The notes under the pieces are model-generated. The model made no database searches and was not told the origin of the DNA. It saw only the letters and a list, made by a program, of their open reading frames with translations. Below are positions 12,485 through 24,560 of a DNA stretch of 55,672 nt, in pieces; positions within the stretch are counted from its first letter, which is position 1, and every line of letters starts with the position of its first letter. The position numbers and the translations under genes were made by a program. The DNA is from Basidiobolus ranarum (taxonomy: Eukaryota). The DNA lies in NCBI GenBank assembly GCA_040143965.1, contig JASJQH010006887.1:1-55672 (forward strand). The letters are read 5' to 3'.

Positions 12485-14252
12485 TTAGCTTTGTTCTTCT
12501 TCAAACACGTCATTTTTCATGTGTTCTGCAGTTCTTCGCCTCACTTCAAACACCTCGAGTATAGCATCCTTAAAGCAGTGGAAATTATAGTCCAACAACC
12601 CATGCTTTTCAAAGTTCTCGGAGCGTAGAAGACAAACAAGAGACAGGTATCTAGAATGGATTCATAAGGTGAACAAGTTGATGATGTATTATGTAGCAAG
12701 CATCCTTACTTGTTGACTTCTCTAAGATAGAGCACCATTCCATTGTTGAGTTTGATCAAGGAAAAAGCTTCATTATCTGCGCCAGTTTGGTCTGATGTTC
12801 CTTCGCCATCACCCTCCACTTCTCTTTCCTCAGGAATACTCTCCCTTCGACTATCCGGTGTGGGCCTATATTTAAGGATGAATAAAAGCACGGTCAGAGT
12901 GAGGAGTAATACAAACATGTCTTACCCATAAATGCAAGAGATGTCAATAATCACGTCAATCATATCACTGCAAATTTCGTATGATTGCATGTCAACAGGA
13001 GAACTGTCAGTAGCAACATATATCTTACTAACAACATCAAATAGGAAAGCCTTCTCGATCCCCGAGTTCTAGAAATATCGCTACATGTTAAATACCAGTG
13101 TTACAGCAACAAAGATAAAAATTCATGATGTTCCTACCGAGCATAAGATGTTGAGAAGATTCTCAAGAGTTGGAAGTTGCGGTATGAGCTTTTGGATTAC
13201 TTTACTGAAAGCTTCATAGATGGAGTGATCGTATATACTAGTTAAATAGAAACTTAGATGAATATTGTCTAGTCCGGCATCGGTCAGCTCATCCATGGTA
13301 CGTTGTTGTATATCTCGTTGAGTATCTATAACAGAATAATCAATTGATGAGAAACTGAAATATGATACTATCGGAAGTAAAAGTGAAGGCTTACCAATTC
13401 TATAATCATCTGACAGACCATCTACTTTGTGAATAAAAACCTCAAACTTAATGTTAGGATTTACTCTGTAAGCCCTTACAACGGTCATATGAAGTTTGGA
13501 CAATGCTTCAATATAATCGTCCTAACATTTCCAATAAATCGTCCGTAAACAAAAATGAATCTTGAATAACAAAGTTGATAAAAAGTAACCTGAGCATCGA
13601 TAACAAATACAAGAGCCCCAACTTGTCCGAAAATAGCGTCTGAATCAAAAGCCGGATCAAAGAAATCTATCTGACCCGGAAAATCCCAGACTTGAAATTC
13701 GATAAAAGAGCTAACGAAGAAGTATAGTATAGTGAGATAATTGAACTAAACATCTTCAGGGAAAATATTTCTTTCTAGTGACTTACATGATATTATCTTT
13801 AACTACTTTACTAGTACTTTCAAGAAATAAAGTCTCATTGGGGGACATTTTGTGAAAGACCACTTTCTGAATACTAGATTTTCCGCTTCTATTATATTCA
13901 ACGAAAAGAGAAATGAATTGGTTTTAACAAGTAAAGTAGCTTTCACAATTCTTGAATAAAAACCGACCTGCGAAGACCCATCAACAGTAAACGGGGCTTA
14001 TGGTCTTTGTTCAAATCTTCAATAAACTCCTCACCCAAACTGCCAATCGAAATTTAGTTAGTTGAAACATCTTTAGTAAATGTTAAAGAGCTCTCAAGTC
14101 AAAGAAGGTTGAAATTATAAATATACCCTATATCATTATGGTAAGGGGAATGGTAAAACTCATCGTCTGAATACTGAGAAGCAATATATTAGTATCGCTA
14201 TGGCATACTCTGGTTTATTAAGCAACTAGCAAAAAGTACGTACAACTGACAT
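12485..14252 (-). CDS. GTR2: Rag C/D GTPase, multi-exon
   Basis: Contains [80 protein letters not shown] and LYLREVNK. The first coding exon is 9 nt (MSV). Confidence 0.93.
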
Positions 14253-14538
14253 GGTAGTCAAGAGACTTGTCAACTATGCTGTAGGAGTTTTATTAAGGAT
14301 TAAGCATCAATTATTTTAGGAAATTGTATATCAACCCAGATCTCGGATTTTAGAATTTATTCGATTCATTCACACCACACTAACTAAACATAAGCATATA
14401 AGCAAATGGCAACCGAGAATAGCATTAAATTAAATTGATTGAATTTTATCGAGTAGTTTTTATAAGTCAGAGTCTAGGGAAATACAAAACTTTACGACAA
14501 AGGGTTAAGATGTATTAAGAATGCTTTTGGGTAATATT

Positions 14539-15723
14539 CTAAGCGCCCATGGCCTCTTCGAGATTCTTGATAAGAGCTGGCATCTTGGACTTATGAATGA
14601 TCATAAACTTACGGGAAGGAGCGATACCATAATCTTGGAAAGCGCGCTTTGAATCAGCGACAGAGGTAGCCTGTGTGAATTTGAAATCTTGAACTAAATC
14701 GGCATGCTAGAAAGGAAGTTTCTTAAGTCCATATATCATTTTAAGCTATGCATTACAAAGATATATTTACTCTGCTTATGAGCTCATCCTCGGGGTGGAA
14801 GTAGAAGAGAATAGTATCGGCCTGGATAATATAAGTTAGCTCTGGAGAAATGATATATCGCTTTGTAGGCGAACACCTACCATCTTGCCCTTCTTTTTGG
14901 TATGAGTAGCAGGAATAGCCATTTCTTCTTCGTCTACTGTAGGGGCAACCTCCTTGTATGTTTTACTCAATAGGATGTAGTATTCAAACTCATATGGCTC
15001 TTTCTGTAATTCAAAGATATAATTACTTAATTGAACGACCAGGAGTTAGCCAGAAATACTCACGTCTTCAACAGCCCATTCGATCTCCTCTGCAAGCATC
15101 TTATACATAGGAGGTGCAGTTTGAGGAGGCATGTTGACCAGTCTATCAGTTAAAAGAAGACCAACATGTTGATTGGAGTCCTCTTTCAAAATAGTATTAA
15201 GCTTATCAAAAGCAGCATGATTCTTTTTACATTTAGCCAAAAGATACTCTTTGATTTGTTTCATACATTCCTTATCCTGATAAATAAAAAGAGAGTTAGT
15301 AATGTTGAGACAGCACCGAGAATTAAAGCATATCTCTACCTTATGAACATGCATATTAAGGACAGACATGAAAGCGTATGGGTCACCCTCTCCATCGACT
15401 TTGATGGTACTACCGATTAAAGGTTGGCCGATGATAAGCTCGGTAAGTTCTGAGAGATTGAATAATTCGTGGTCAGAACCGAACAGCTGTTTGAGTAGGT
15501 TCTTTATGGCGTGAAAGTCGATTTCCTTTGGATCAAAAAAGTCAAAGTCTACGTCTACAACGTCCTAACATTATGAGAAAGAAAAGGTAAGCTTATGGGA
15601 AGGAATACTATCCTTGGTAGAAATAGAATAGAGTACCGTCATATCCTCATCCTCATCACCGGAAATGTCCATAACATTCTCCTTCAATTTTGGCTCACGC
15701 TCACTAACTTTTCTTTTGCTCAT
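14539..15723 (-). CDS. BCP1: BCP1/BCCIP family protein, multi-exon
   Basis: Reads MSKRK..., VDVDFDFFDPKEIDFHAIKNLLKQLF, GSTIKVDG, VGLLLTDRLVNMPPQTAPPMYKML and FYFHPEDE. Confidence 0.9.
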
Positions 15724-16364
15724 ATTTACCAAGTGACAACTAACACGAGCAATAATACAACATAAAAAATAGTGAAATCCAACCCAATTTTTTCGATTTT
15801 TTTCTTTTTTGATTTTATTCAAATCATGACCAGCGTTGAAACGATTTGTGATAAGCATACAGTCTAGCAAGTAATTGATTCTATAAAAAAATCTTCCTAG
15901 TAATTCTAACCATTCGCATTCGCATTCGCAGTTAACTTCACATTTGTTTTACTCATGAGCGATCACATTGATCAATAGCTTCCAGTCAACATCAAATTGC
16001 GCAGCAAATGCGAGATGTTCACTTGAAGATTTCCATGTATCACCACGAATGATCATCTATACTTCGCGGCATAGTAGTCAAGTGACAACACGGTGGATTT
16101 ATTGATGACAAACACCATGTTCATAACACTAGTACAATAATATGCATTGTAAGAGAATAAACCAACTCCGGTCTTTAGTTTCTATTGAAAAGTAGCGATA
16201 TCTGAAGAAATAGTCGAGAGAGATATGGACAGTTAAGACATGCTGACCATGCTATGTGAGAAAAGAATTGAAATATGCCAACAAATACTAAGAGAAATAA
16301 AGGTCGAGGTTTGTCTAGTTCGAACAAATAGTTTAATGAAAAAAGTAAGAAGGTTCAGAATTCT

Positions 16365-16787
16365 TTAAAGGTAAGCGCCTCCGATTTGTTCGACCATGAC
16401 ATCAATCGAATCACCATCCTCCATTTCAAGCTGTCAAAAGATAACGCGTTAATCTACAGTGAAAGCTATTTCAACTAATACTCTATTCTCTACATACCTC
16501 GGAAGGGGTGTTATGAGGTTGGATACGGACTCCATCGTACAGGAAACGAACTGAAGAGACGGATTTACCTTGACGATCGCAATAAGCTTCCATCAGTTTT
16601 TTTAAAGCGGTAGTACGCTTGATTTTGAAAAACACTTCGTTGTGGTCCTAAGAGAAAAAAATTAACATGTGGATTAGAGCGAGGAAGGAAACAGGGGCTT
16701 GAAGCATCTGGTGCTTGTTGCACTTACGTTGCCTACGACTTTGAGATTAATATGCTCGGTACTTTCTTTCTTATCTACGTCAGACAT
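16365..16787 (-). CDS. SMT3: SUMO precursor, 3 exons (not in ORF track)
   Basis: Spliced product MSDVDKKESTEHINLKVVGN|DHNEVFFKIKRTTALKKLMEAYCDRQGKSVSSVRFLYDGVRIQPHNTPSE|LEMEDGDSIDVMVEQIGGAYL*, with the diglycine followed by a 3-aa extension. Confidence 0.96.
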
Positions 16788-17207
16788 CTTTAGAATTCAA
16801 TAACTTGTGAACGAAGCGATTTTACTGTTCAAGATGAAGTCTTGGGTTATAAATGCGTCCACAAAGAATCGCAAGCAGGATTGGTCAGCCAAATTAGGGG
16901 CGTTTTTCATTTGGGGGTACAAAAACATTCGCATATATCAATGATAACAAGCCAACTATGTACAAAGATGATTACATTGTTGATTAATCCTTGTGCTAAT
17001 CAGCTGAAGAGGCGGATTTATTTTTAATTATCAGGAGCGCGATTCTTCAAGGATTTTTTTTTGTTCAATAGTTAATCACAGCTTGACAGTTCAGTCAAGA
17101 GTCTAAGAATTCCTTGATCTCGCGTTTGAATACGGAGTGGCCGCGTAACACTACTATTGTCTTCTGAGTCTTGTCTTGTTGAGAAGGCACCACTTCAATC
17201 AACGTCG

Positions 17208-18132
17208 ATGACATCTACGCTTTATTTAGAATATACCAAAAAAATCATCGCACTTATATGTAAAGAAATAGGATTTGACAGTATATCAGCCTCTGCTCTA
17301 GACGCTCTTTTAGATGCTGCACCTTTATGTACGAGCTTTTGCACAATTTTCCGATGGTTGATTGATATTTGAAACTGACGATCGCACTCATTGTATTAAA
17401 CTTCACAGATATACAGGAACTCCTTGCTACATCTCACGCATATGCAGAGTTATCTTCTCGCACTCGGCCCAATGTTAATGATTTAGCTTTCACTTTTGCT
17501 GATATGGGTATTGATTTGAGCGAGTTAGAGACTTTCATGCATTCCTTTAAGCATATAACCTTCCCAGCACTAAGTATGTGTTGCTCTTTTGCACATTAAA
17601 TCCAGTTCCCTTTACATTTACCACAACTCAAACTTTTCCTTATTCTCTATTTGCCTTAGTCGAGTATAATGAGGCTCATAAGAATGCTACCGATTCTGCG
17701 TTTTTTGATGAGAAACACGATTCGCTTACAGACGATGAAGAGTCCGAACCTTTTCCTGAGTATATACCTAAACATATGCCACCATTTCCAAGTACACATA
17801 CTTTTAAACAAACACCGGTAAGCGCTGCACTCACTTGATATCGTTAATATACTCCAAAACACTTGCTGATTAAAGCATTCCATTCAAAGGTATTACCGCA
17901 ACGACCTGAAGATCCCAATAAGCTACGCGAATTGAATACAGAGCAAACAAGGCTAGTTGAAGGCAATCTTAAGAGATTGTTAATGTCATCCAACAACACA
18001 GACAACATCAATCAAAATGGTATCCTGGGTTCCTTTAGTACGGAGCTTTTCCCGATTGTAAACTACGAGTTGGCAAAACTTCGGCAACTGAGGAAGAAGG
18101 GGACAAAGTCGAAGCGACCACGTACGGAATAA
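17208..18132 (+). CDS. TAF8: TFIID subunit 8 (histone fold plus TAF8 C-terminal motif), 4 exons; start codon uncertain
   Basis: Histone-fold segments IALICKEIGFDSISASALDAL and AYAELSSRTRPNVNDL, plus PEYIPKHMPPFPSTHTFKQTP and EQTRLVEGNLKRL. Confidence 0.85.
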
Positions 18133-18886
18133 GATGCTACAACTTGACCCGTCCTAAACTTCACTATTCAACCACTTCTCAACCATAAATGTGTAAATAC
18201 TCCCACTACCACAATACATCTTTGATATTGAATAGAAAATAATGAAACAGCCAATCGTTACTTCTGTCCATTTCCTTTGTGAATCCAGAGTTTATCGCAA
18301 GGTTCATTGTTACGAGATTTCACCTCTAAACGCAATGCGTTGGTTGTATAACTTGAAAATATATCTTCAACAAACCCATCTTTGCATTAGGATCACCTTA
18401 CCTTTGGGCTTGTGTAAGTTGATACGTATGTGGAGTTGCTATTAATCCCCCCCCCAACTTCTTAAGAATCGATCAATTTAATCATTTATTTTCCTTTGAA
18501 ATAAACCGCTTATATCGCTTGTTCTTAAGGAATACAATACGATGTAGGGTTCTTTAAACAATCACACTTATTAATACCTGCAACACGAACGATTGCTGCA
18601 CGGAATGTGGCAGTTCGGGTGATTTATTGATGCTCACCACCATGCTCTCTCCTACCTTCCCCTGCTTTCATTACAACGCTAGCCATCTTTTCCACTGGGA
18701 CTACGGAAAAAGAAATCCATCTAGAGAATACCGCAGCAGTCATTGGTGTCACACACTCGCACTCTGCCACGATTTAATAAGATAATGAATGCGGATGAAC
18801 TCAGTAATTATAGAAATTTTTCCAATAAAGATTGATTTTGAAATTGACCAGTCTTCTGAACAAGCTATCCTTTCAAATTAGAAGAG

Positions 18887-19822
18887 ATGAGTAGAAAATT
18901 ACTAGTACCGTATCGTATAGTTTACACATTATCCTCAAAATACCTATGTTACAAGAGGACTTATTATATTTATCTCCCTCTTAGATTACGGGTTTAGGGA
19001 ACCAACCTTTTCCAGATACCCGACATAATATTGGTATGATGGTAGTAGACCATCTTGCTGAACGACTTGGTCTTTCTTGGAGTATACATAAACCTTGGAA
19101 AGCCCATGTAGCACGTATGACATGGTCTCAAACAAGTGTGTTCAAGTCTGGAAAGGAGAAACAAGAGTTGACTGAAAATATTGAACTTATTCTCCTTAAA
19201 CCTAAAGTTTTAATGAACCTAAGTGGAGTCTCTGTAGCAGCAGCAGGTATATGACCAAAGCGATTATATGGTACAATTTGGGTTCTTTAAGAGTCTAACC
19301 GTTTCTCCTTTTATCTATCACCAGTACGTGAGTTAAACTTACCCATAGCAAATCTACTTGTTCTTCATGATGATATGCAACGAGACCTGACAAAAATGAG
19401 TTTCAAACTTTCTGGAAGTGCCAAGTAAGGAATTTTGAAAAGAGAATTTATTCAAGATAATATTTGACCATAGAAACATTCTACCTTAGTGGACACAACG
19501 GTATTAAGTCCATCATTAACTTATTGAAGACCGATGTAAGTAGATTATGTAGAATATGGGGAATTTTTTTCATTCAATTTACCTGAATTCTTTCCATTTT
19601 TACCAGGAATTTCAACGACTTCGAATTGGTATCGGTAGACCACCCAAAGATGATCGTTCTCCTGCCATAGTATCCAAGTTTGTTCTGGGTAAATTCCGTC
19701 CAGGGGAGACTGATATTCTGGAATCACAAGTTTATCCACTTTGTACTGAACAAATCTCACAAAAGTTCAATGTCAACCTGGATCCCTCCTCACCACTTAT
19801 CTCCAAGGCATCAGCTGTTTAG
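18887..19822 (+). CDS. PTH1: Peptidyl-tRNA hydrolase (Pth1 type), multi-exon
   Basis: Spliced product MSRKLL|ITGLGNQPFPDTRHNIGM, then LLKPKVLMNLSG, VLHDDM, GSA|GHNGIKSI and RLRIGIGRP. Confidence 0.92.
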
Positions 19823-20240
19823 AAAGATACCCTTATTAATAGATATTAAGATAGTAATTATCCCCTCGGGATTTATAAGAAACATACCCGAACCCATTCA
19901 CCAACCTGATACTTGTTCATTCTTTAGACTTTTTCTAGTTTTTGAAGAGAAAGCAAACACATTAAATCATTCTTGCTCCCTTTTCTAATCACCGGTTATA
20001 CCTAGTTAGATAATCCACTAGTCCAAGTTAAAATTCAGTGTGAACTAGTGGTCGCCTATCCATTCACTAAAACCTATGATAAAAAGGATACATCAAATTC
20101 GGTCCATTTGTAACTCTAACTATAAGCCAATCGAATTCCAAGATTAGAAATTGGTAAAAAAATGTAAACAAACAACAAAACCAACCACACTTTCCTTGTC
20201 GTCGCTTCAAACTACTCCTCTATTGTAAAGTAACTCATAA

Positions 20241-20750
20241 ATGTTGGGAACTACACAACCTTCTGGTAAAGGAAAGAGAAAGAACCCTTTCGAGGAAGAA
20301 GCCTCTTCAAAAGGAAAGAATGTCCCTATTAGAACGCCAAAGAATGCCGTGTATGGTAGGTGTTAACCCGATACTACCTACCTTCTGATACACTAAGTTA
20401 AAGTTTTTCCCCTTTGTCTTTAGCGCGGACTAGACTATTACTATTTCATGGTCAGAAGAGACTCGCCAGAAAGGATGCTACCACCGAACATATTGTTGAA
20501 GCTCCTTGCTCACATTGTAAAAAGAGAAATGAAGTGACCAAGTGTAATTTCTGCGAACAAAAGATATGCGAAGAATGTTCAGGCCTCTGTAAAAAGTGTG
20601 AAATGGAATTTTGCTCTCTATGTTCGGTCAAAGAGTAAGTTTCTTATGAGTCATATATGAGATATATAATTTGCCACCTAACTTTTCTTCTTAATGCCCA
20701 GGTACGATGTTGAGGGAGATTTCGTTGTATGTCTTAGTTGTAATGATTGA
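20241..20750 (+). CDS. Siva-like Cys-rich zinc-binding protein, 3 exons
   Basis: Spliced product MLGTTQPSGKGKRKNPF...VYARTRLLLFHGQK...CSHC...CNFCEQKICEECSGLCKKCEMEFCSLCSVKEYDVEGDFVVCLSCND*. The layout matches animal Siva (KRxxPF; xxKTxxLLFxG; six CxxC pairs). Confidence 0.75.
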
Positions 20751-21202
20751 ACAGTAAATGATGATGTATACAAGGTTCTTTTCGTCGAATTCTTTTGTCC
20801 TATTGATTCGAGAGTACATATGGTATTACAAATAATTATCGCATTCCTGGAATATTTCCCATCTTATAACTCATGCACCCACCCTACCGCCGTTAAAGTT
20901 AACCACTTCTAAGCATGTCTTCACACTTCCATAAAAAAGATTTGTTCAAACTGGAACTTGGCACATGTATCATTATCATTTACTCATTGCTCTCGCATTA
21001 CATTTATCAAGTCAAAAAACAAAATAAAGGAGAGATATGTATGTTGAAAAAGGCAAGAATTATTAGCTAAAGTTAAGTTGAAATAAGTGTAATCAAGGAC
21101 ATCGGTATGAATAGTTTACTAAAGGGAGGGTGGAGAATGACTCTTTAAACATGGAATGTGATATATGGGTGGGGTATATATTTTCAAATACTGGGTGTAC
21201 AT

Positions 21203-23227
21203 TTAGTGAGACTTGACTGGCTCTTCTGTAGCTTCAACTTTTTGTTCAACCTCTGCTACTTCCTCGGGGGCCTCAGTTATGACTTCGGGTGAGGTGCTGG
21301 ATGAAGCGACTTCAGTGGTGCTTGAAGAGCTCTTGGATCCAGTGTTAGAACGAAGCATGAAAGTCATTCTCTTGAATAAAGTAGGCTTCTTGGCCTTATC
21401 TTCATTAGTATCAGCATGTTCAGCAGCTTCAACATTTTCCGAGTCAGCAGTAGGTTCTGCGGTTTGTTCAGCAGCAACAGGCTCTTCGGTAGCAGCTACC
21501 TGTTCAACAGCTTCTTCAGTAGTAGCTTCAGCAACAGGCTCGGGTTGGGCTTCAGGGACTGAAGTAGATTCAACCTCTGCAACTTCTGGGGCAACTTGCT
21601 CAGGAGTTTCGACAGCTTCAACAGCTACGGGCTCCTCAGCATTAACAGCCTCAGTTGCTTCTTCAACAGCAGCAACATGGGATTCGGAATTCTTGGATTT
21701 CTTGGAGCGGAACATGTTAGATAATGTACGCTTGATTGGGGAACCTGGGGCTTCAGCGACATTCTCAGTAGAAACTGCTTGGGTGGCAGCCTCAGCGGGA
21801 GCTTCAACTTCTTCAGTGGTCTCAGCGACAACTTCAGGAGATTCAACTTCAGCAACGGCAGCTTCAACTACAGCTTCAGTTTCGACAGGCTCTGAAGCTT
21901 CAACAGCAGTAACATCAACAAGAGCCTCAGCCTCTACTGGAGCTTCAGTAGCCTCAGCAGATTCTTCGTCTTTCTTGTGACTCTTGAAGAACTTTGGAAT
22001 ACCGAAGGACATAGGACGAGATGGCTTATGTTCAGCTTCTGGTTCCTCAGCCTTGACTTCAACTACTTCAGCGGCTTCTTCAGCATTTGCTACTTCCTCC
22101 ACCTGTTCAGCTGGCACATCCTCAACTGGAGTCTCTGGGACAACTTCAGCCTGAGCTTCAACTACTTCCTTGGACTCAGCTGATTCCTCAGCGACTGGTA
22201 CAACCTCAATGCTAGAATCGGAAGTTTTTTCGGATTTCTTGATCAACGACTTTAAACCACCGAATACAGATCTACGTTTGGGTGCTTCTTCAACATTTTC
22301 AGAAACTACAGCTGATTCTTCAACTACAGAAACTTCTGGTTCAGCGGATGCTTCCACAGCTTCAGTCTCTGGAGCAGCAGCAGCAACAGGGGTAGGTTCA
22401 TTCTCCTTCTCATTATCAGAACCAGAAAGGACTTCACTATCGGACAAAATTCCGGTGGGGATGGTTGAAGCGCTCTTGGAGTTGAAGGCTTGACGAGTAA
22501 CTAACCTCTCATAAGCTTCCTTATATTGAGAAGTCTCAGTTACATTGGATAAAGTAGCAAGAGAATCTAATTTTTGTTGAATGGTATGGACCCATTGTTT
22601 AGCCTCATCGGAGCTAGGAGCAGCAAGGATGTAATCTCTAGCATTGGTTTTGACACAGAATGCATGAGGTTTACTGGCCTTAGCGGTAGCAACAGACTGC
22701 ACATCCTCAAGATTGATAACACCCAAAGGAACCTCAACATGGTCAGGGTTATTAGATTTGAAATAGAACATCAAACCTTCACCACTGACAGTAGCGGTAG
22801 CAATATTATGGAAAAGTGATTTGTTGACTCTTTCAAATTCTTCCTTAGGTGCTGAGGTAGCCTTTAAGCTCTTCTTAGAGACCAAACGTAACTGTGCCAA
22901 TGCAAATGGTTCACTACGGAAACCAAAGTAACGATTTTTCCAAAGTCTCAAGGGTTTTAATCCTCTCTTTTGTAAGTACCCATGTTGAATGGTTGATACT
23001 TCTTCAACAACAGCTGGTTCTTCCGCAGCTTCTACTGGAGCTGAGGGCTCTTCTTGAGCGGCCTCTGCCTCTACAGCAGGTTCTTCAGGGGTGGCTTGGG
23101 ATTCGATGGTAGCCTCAGTTTCAGGGGCCTCTACAGTTTCGGATGAAACAGGGACTGAAACTTCGGGAACATCTTCCTTCTCAACGGGTAAAGAGATTTG
23201 AGTAGCGGATTCGACAGCGGTGGCCAT
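21203..23227 (-). CDS. PH-domain protein with long Glu/Ala/Val-rich disordered tail; 5'UTR intron 23302-23246
   Basis: 674-aa ORF with PH motifs GYLQKRG...WKNRYF, PLGVINL, HAFCVKT and YILAAPSSDEAKQWVHTI. The upstream intron has a GTGAGT donor, TACTAAC branch point and CAG acceptor. Confidence 0.88.
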   Translation of the reverse strand: MATAVESATQISLPVEKEDVPEVSVPVSSETVEAPETEATIESQATPEEPAVEAEAAQEEPSAPVEAAEEPAVVEEVSTIQHGYLQKRGLKPLRLWKNRYFGFRSEPFALAQLRLVSKKSLKATSAPKEEFERVNKSLFHNIATATVSGEGLMFYFKSNNPDHVEVPLGVINLEDVQSVATAKASKPHAFCVKTNARDYILAAPSSDEAKQWVHTIQQKLDSLATLSNVTETSQYKEAYERLVTRQAFNSKSASTIPTGILSDSEVLSGSDNEKENEPTPVAAAAPETEAVEASAEPEVSVVEESAVVSENVEEAPKRRSVFGGLKSLIKKSEKTSDSSIEVVPVAEESAESKEVVEAQAEVVPETPVEDVPAEQVEEVANAEEAAEVVEVKAEEPEAEHKPSRPMSFGIPKFFKSHKKDEESAEATEAPVEAEALVDVTAVEASEPVETEAVVEAAVAEVESPEVVAETTEEVEAPAEAATQAVSTENVAEAPGSPIKRTLSNMFRSKKSKNSESHVAAVEEATEAVNAEEPVAVEAVETPEQVAPEVAEVESTSVPEAQPEPVAEATTEEAVEQVAATEEPVAAEQTAEPTADSENVEAAEHADTNEDKAKKPTLFKRMTFMLRSNTGSKSSSSTTEVASSSTSPEVITEAPEEVAEVEQKVEATEEPVKSH

Positions 23228-23809
23228 TTTTATTAATGAATTAGTCTGTCAAATGGGAAAGTTAGTAACGGTCTATAATATAGAGAAGAGACTTGCACTC
23301 ACCTAAGTAAAGAGGGTTATGTAAACAAGTTTAAAGAGTAGTTAAATGGGTTAACTGGGATATTTGCTATTACAATATCGTAGAATGAGCAGAAAGGCTA
23401 TAAACAGAGGGGGTTTGAGTTAGAAGAGGGGGCAGTGGCAGGTTTTTATACTTCAGCACACATTCCATTTACCAATCAGTACCAAGGGGAGTAAGGGAAT
23501 AAAGGACGTAGGGGTGCCTCATAACTTGTGAACCGGTTGTAATACATGCAATATAATTATCTAACTAACAATGAATGTCATCTATTTCCCTTATCTAATG
23601 ATTGAGAGATGTCTCCTGTACGATTCCAGTCCGATATGTGTTCATTACATGAACTTTTAAATGTGGTTTTCCTAATTCAAGAAAGAAGTAAATTTCCAAC
23701 GTGACACGTACAGAATTATGAGCATAAATCCAATTATTTTGGATGGCCAAGAAAGCTAGTGATATACCTGCATACTGACTTTGCTCAACGGGTTTTCATC
23801 AAGGAAATG

Positions 23810-24015
23810 AATGGATTGATTGTGTATCTCATACTTTGTATTTCATACTTGATGGATTGAATTGATTTATAGCTGCATTGACTTATAGCTGAATTGATTT
23901 ATAACGGAGTTGAACTGACCATGGAATTGAATTGAATTGACGGTGTATCTGATAACTGAATCGAATTGAATGGACTGTGTATCTTATAATTGACTCGCAT
24001 ACTTGTATTGAATGG
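23810..24015. repeat. Degenerate low-complexity repeat (GAATT/ATTGA and TGTATC units)
   Basis: Recurrent gaattgatttata, gaattgaattgaattga, tgtgtatct and catact(t)tgtat fragments in the divergent intergenic region. Confidence 0.6.
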
Positions 24016-24560
24016 GCTATGTACTCTGGTGCTTCATAAGTAGAAGACTGCGAAACAGTTGAAACCCTATTGCCAATGTACCAAATCTAGCCATAACAAT
24101 TTGTCCTCGCCAATCAGACAGGAATGATGATCGCTTGTAGCATGAGGATCACTTTACTACATCATTTTTTCATTTAACCGGTGTAACCAGGTATAACCCG
24201 TATCACAACAACAAGTATTCAATTTATGTTTGCCAAAGTAGTCTCTGAACTGGCGCTCATCACGTGAGTCATAAGCATTATTGATAAACAGTGGACCTGT
24301 CTTTACATTTTCTTCTCTACGGCTAAGAGCGGGACAAGCAACTACCACAATAACAGCACAATCATGAATTGAGTGAAAGGATCTAACTCTGAGCGTGGCT
24401 TCTAATTTTTGACCTGGATACGAGACGATCTGTTATTTTTCCAAAAGAAATTGACCAATCAATGTTGACCAACAGGTATGACAAGATATATGATGGTAGA
24501 GGGTTCCAAGTGTATGCTAACACAAACTTGGGCTACCCGTAAACAGTTGCTTAGTTGATC

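Noticed and set aside
21213-22493. Ser/Ala/Thr-rich antisense ORFs (255 aa, 107 aa)
   Set aside because: They mirror the low-complexity Glu/Ala/Val tail of the PH protein.
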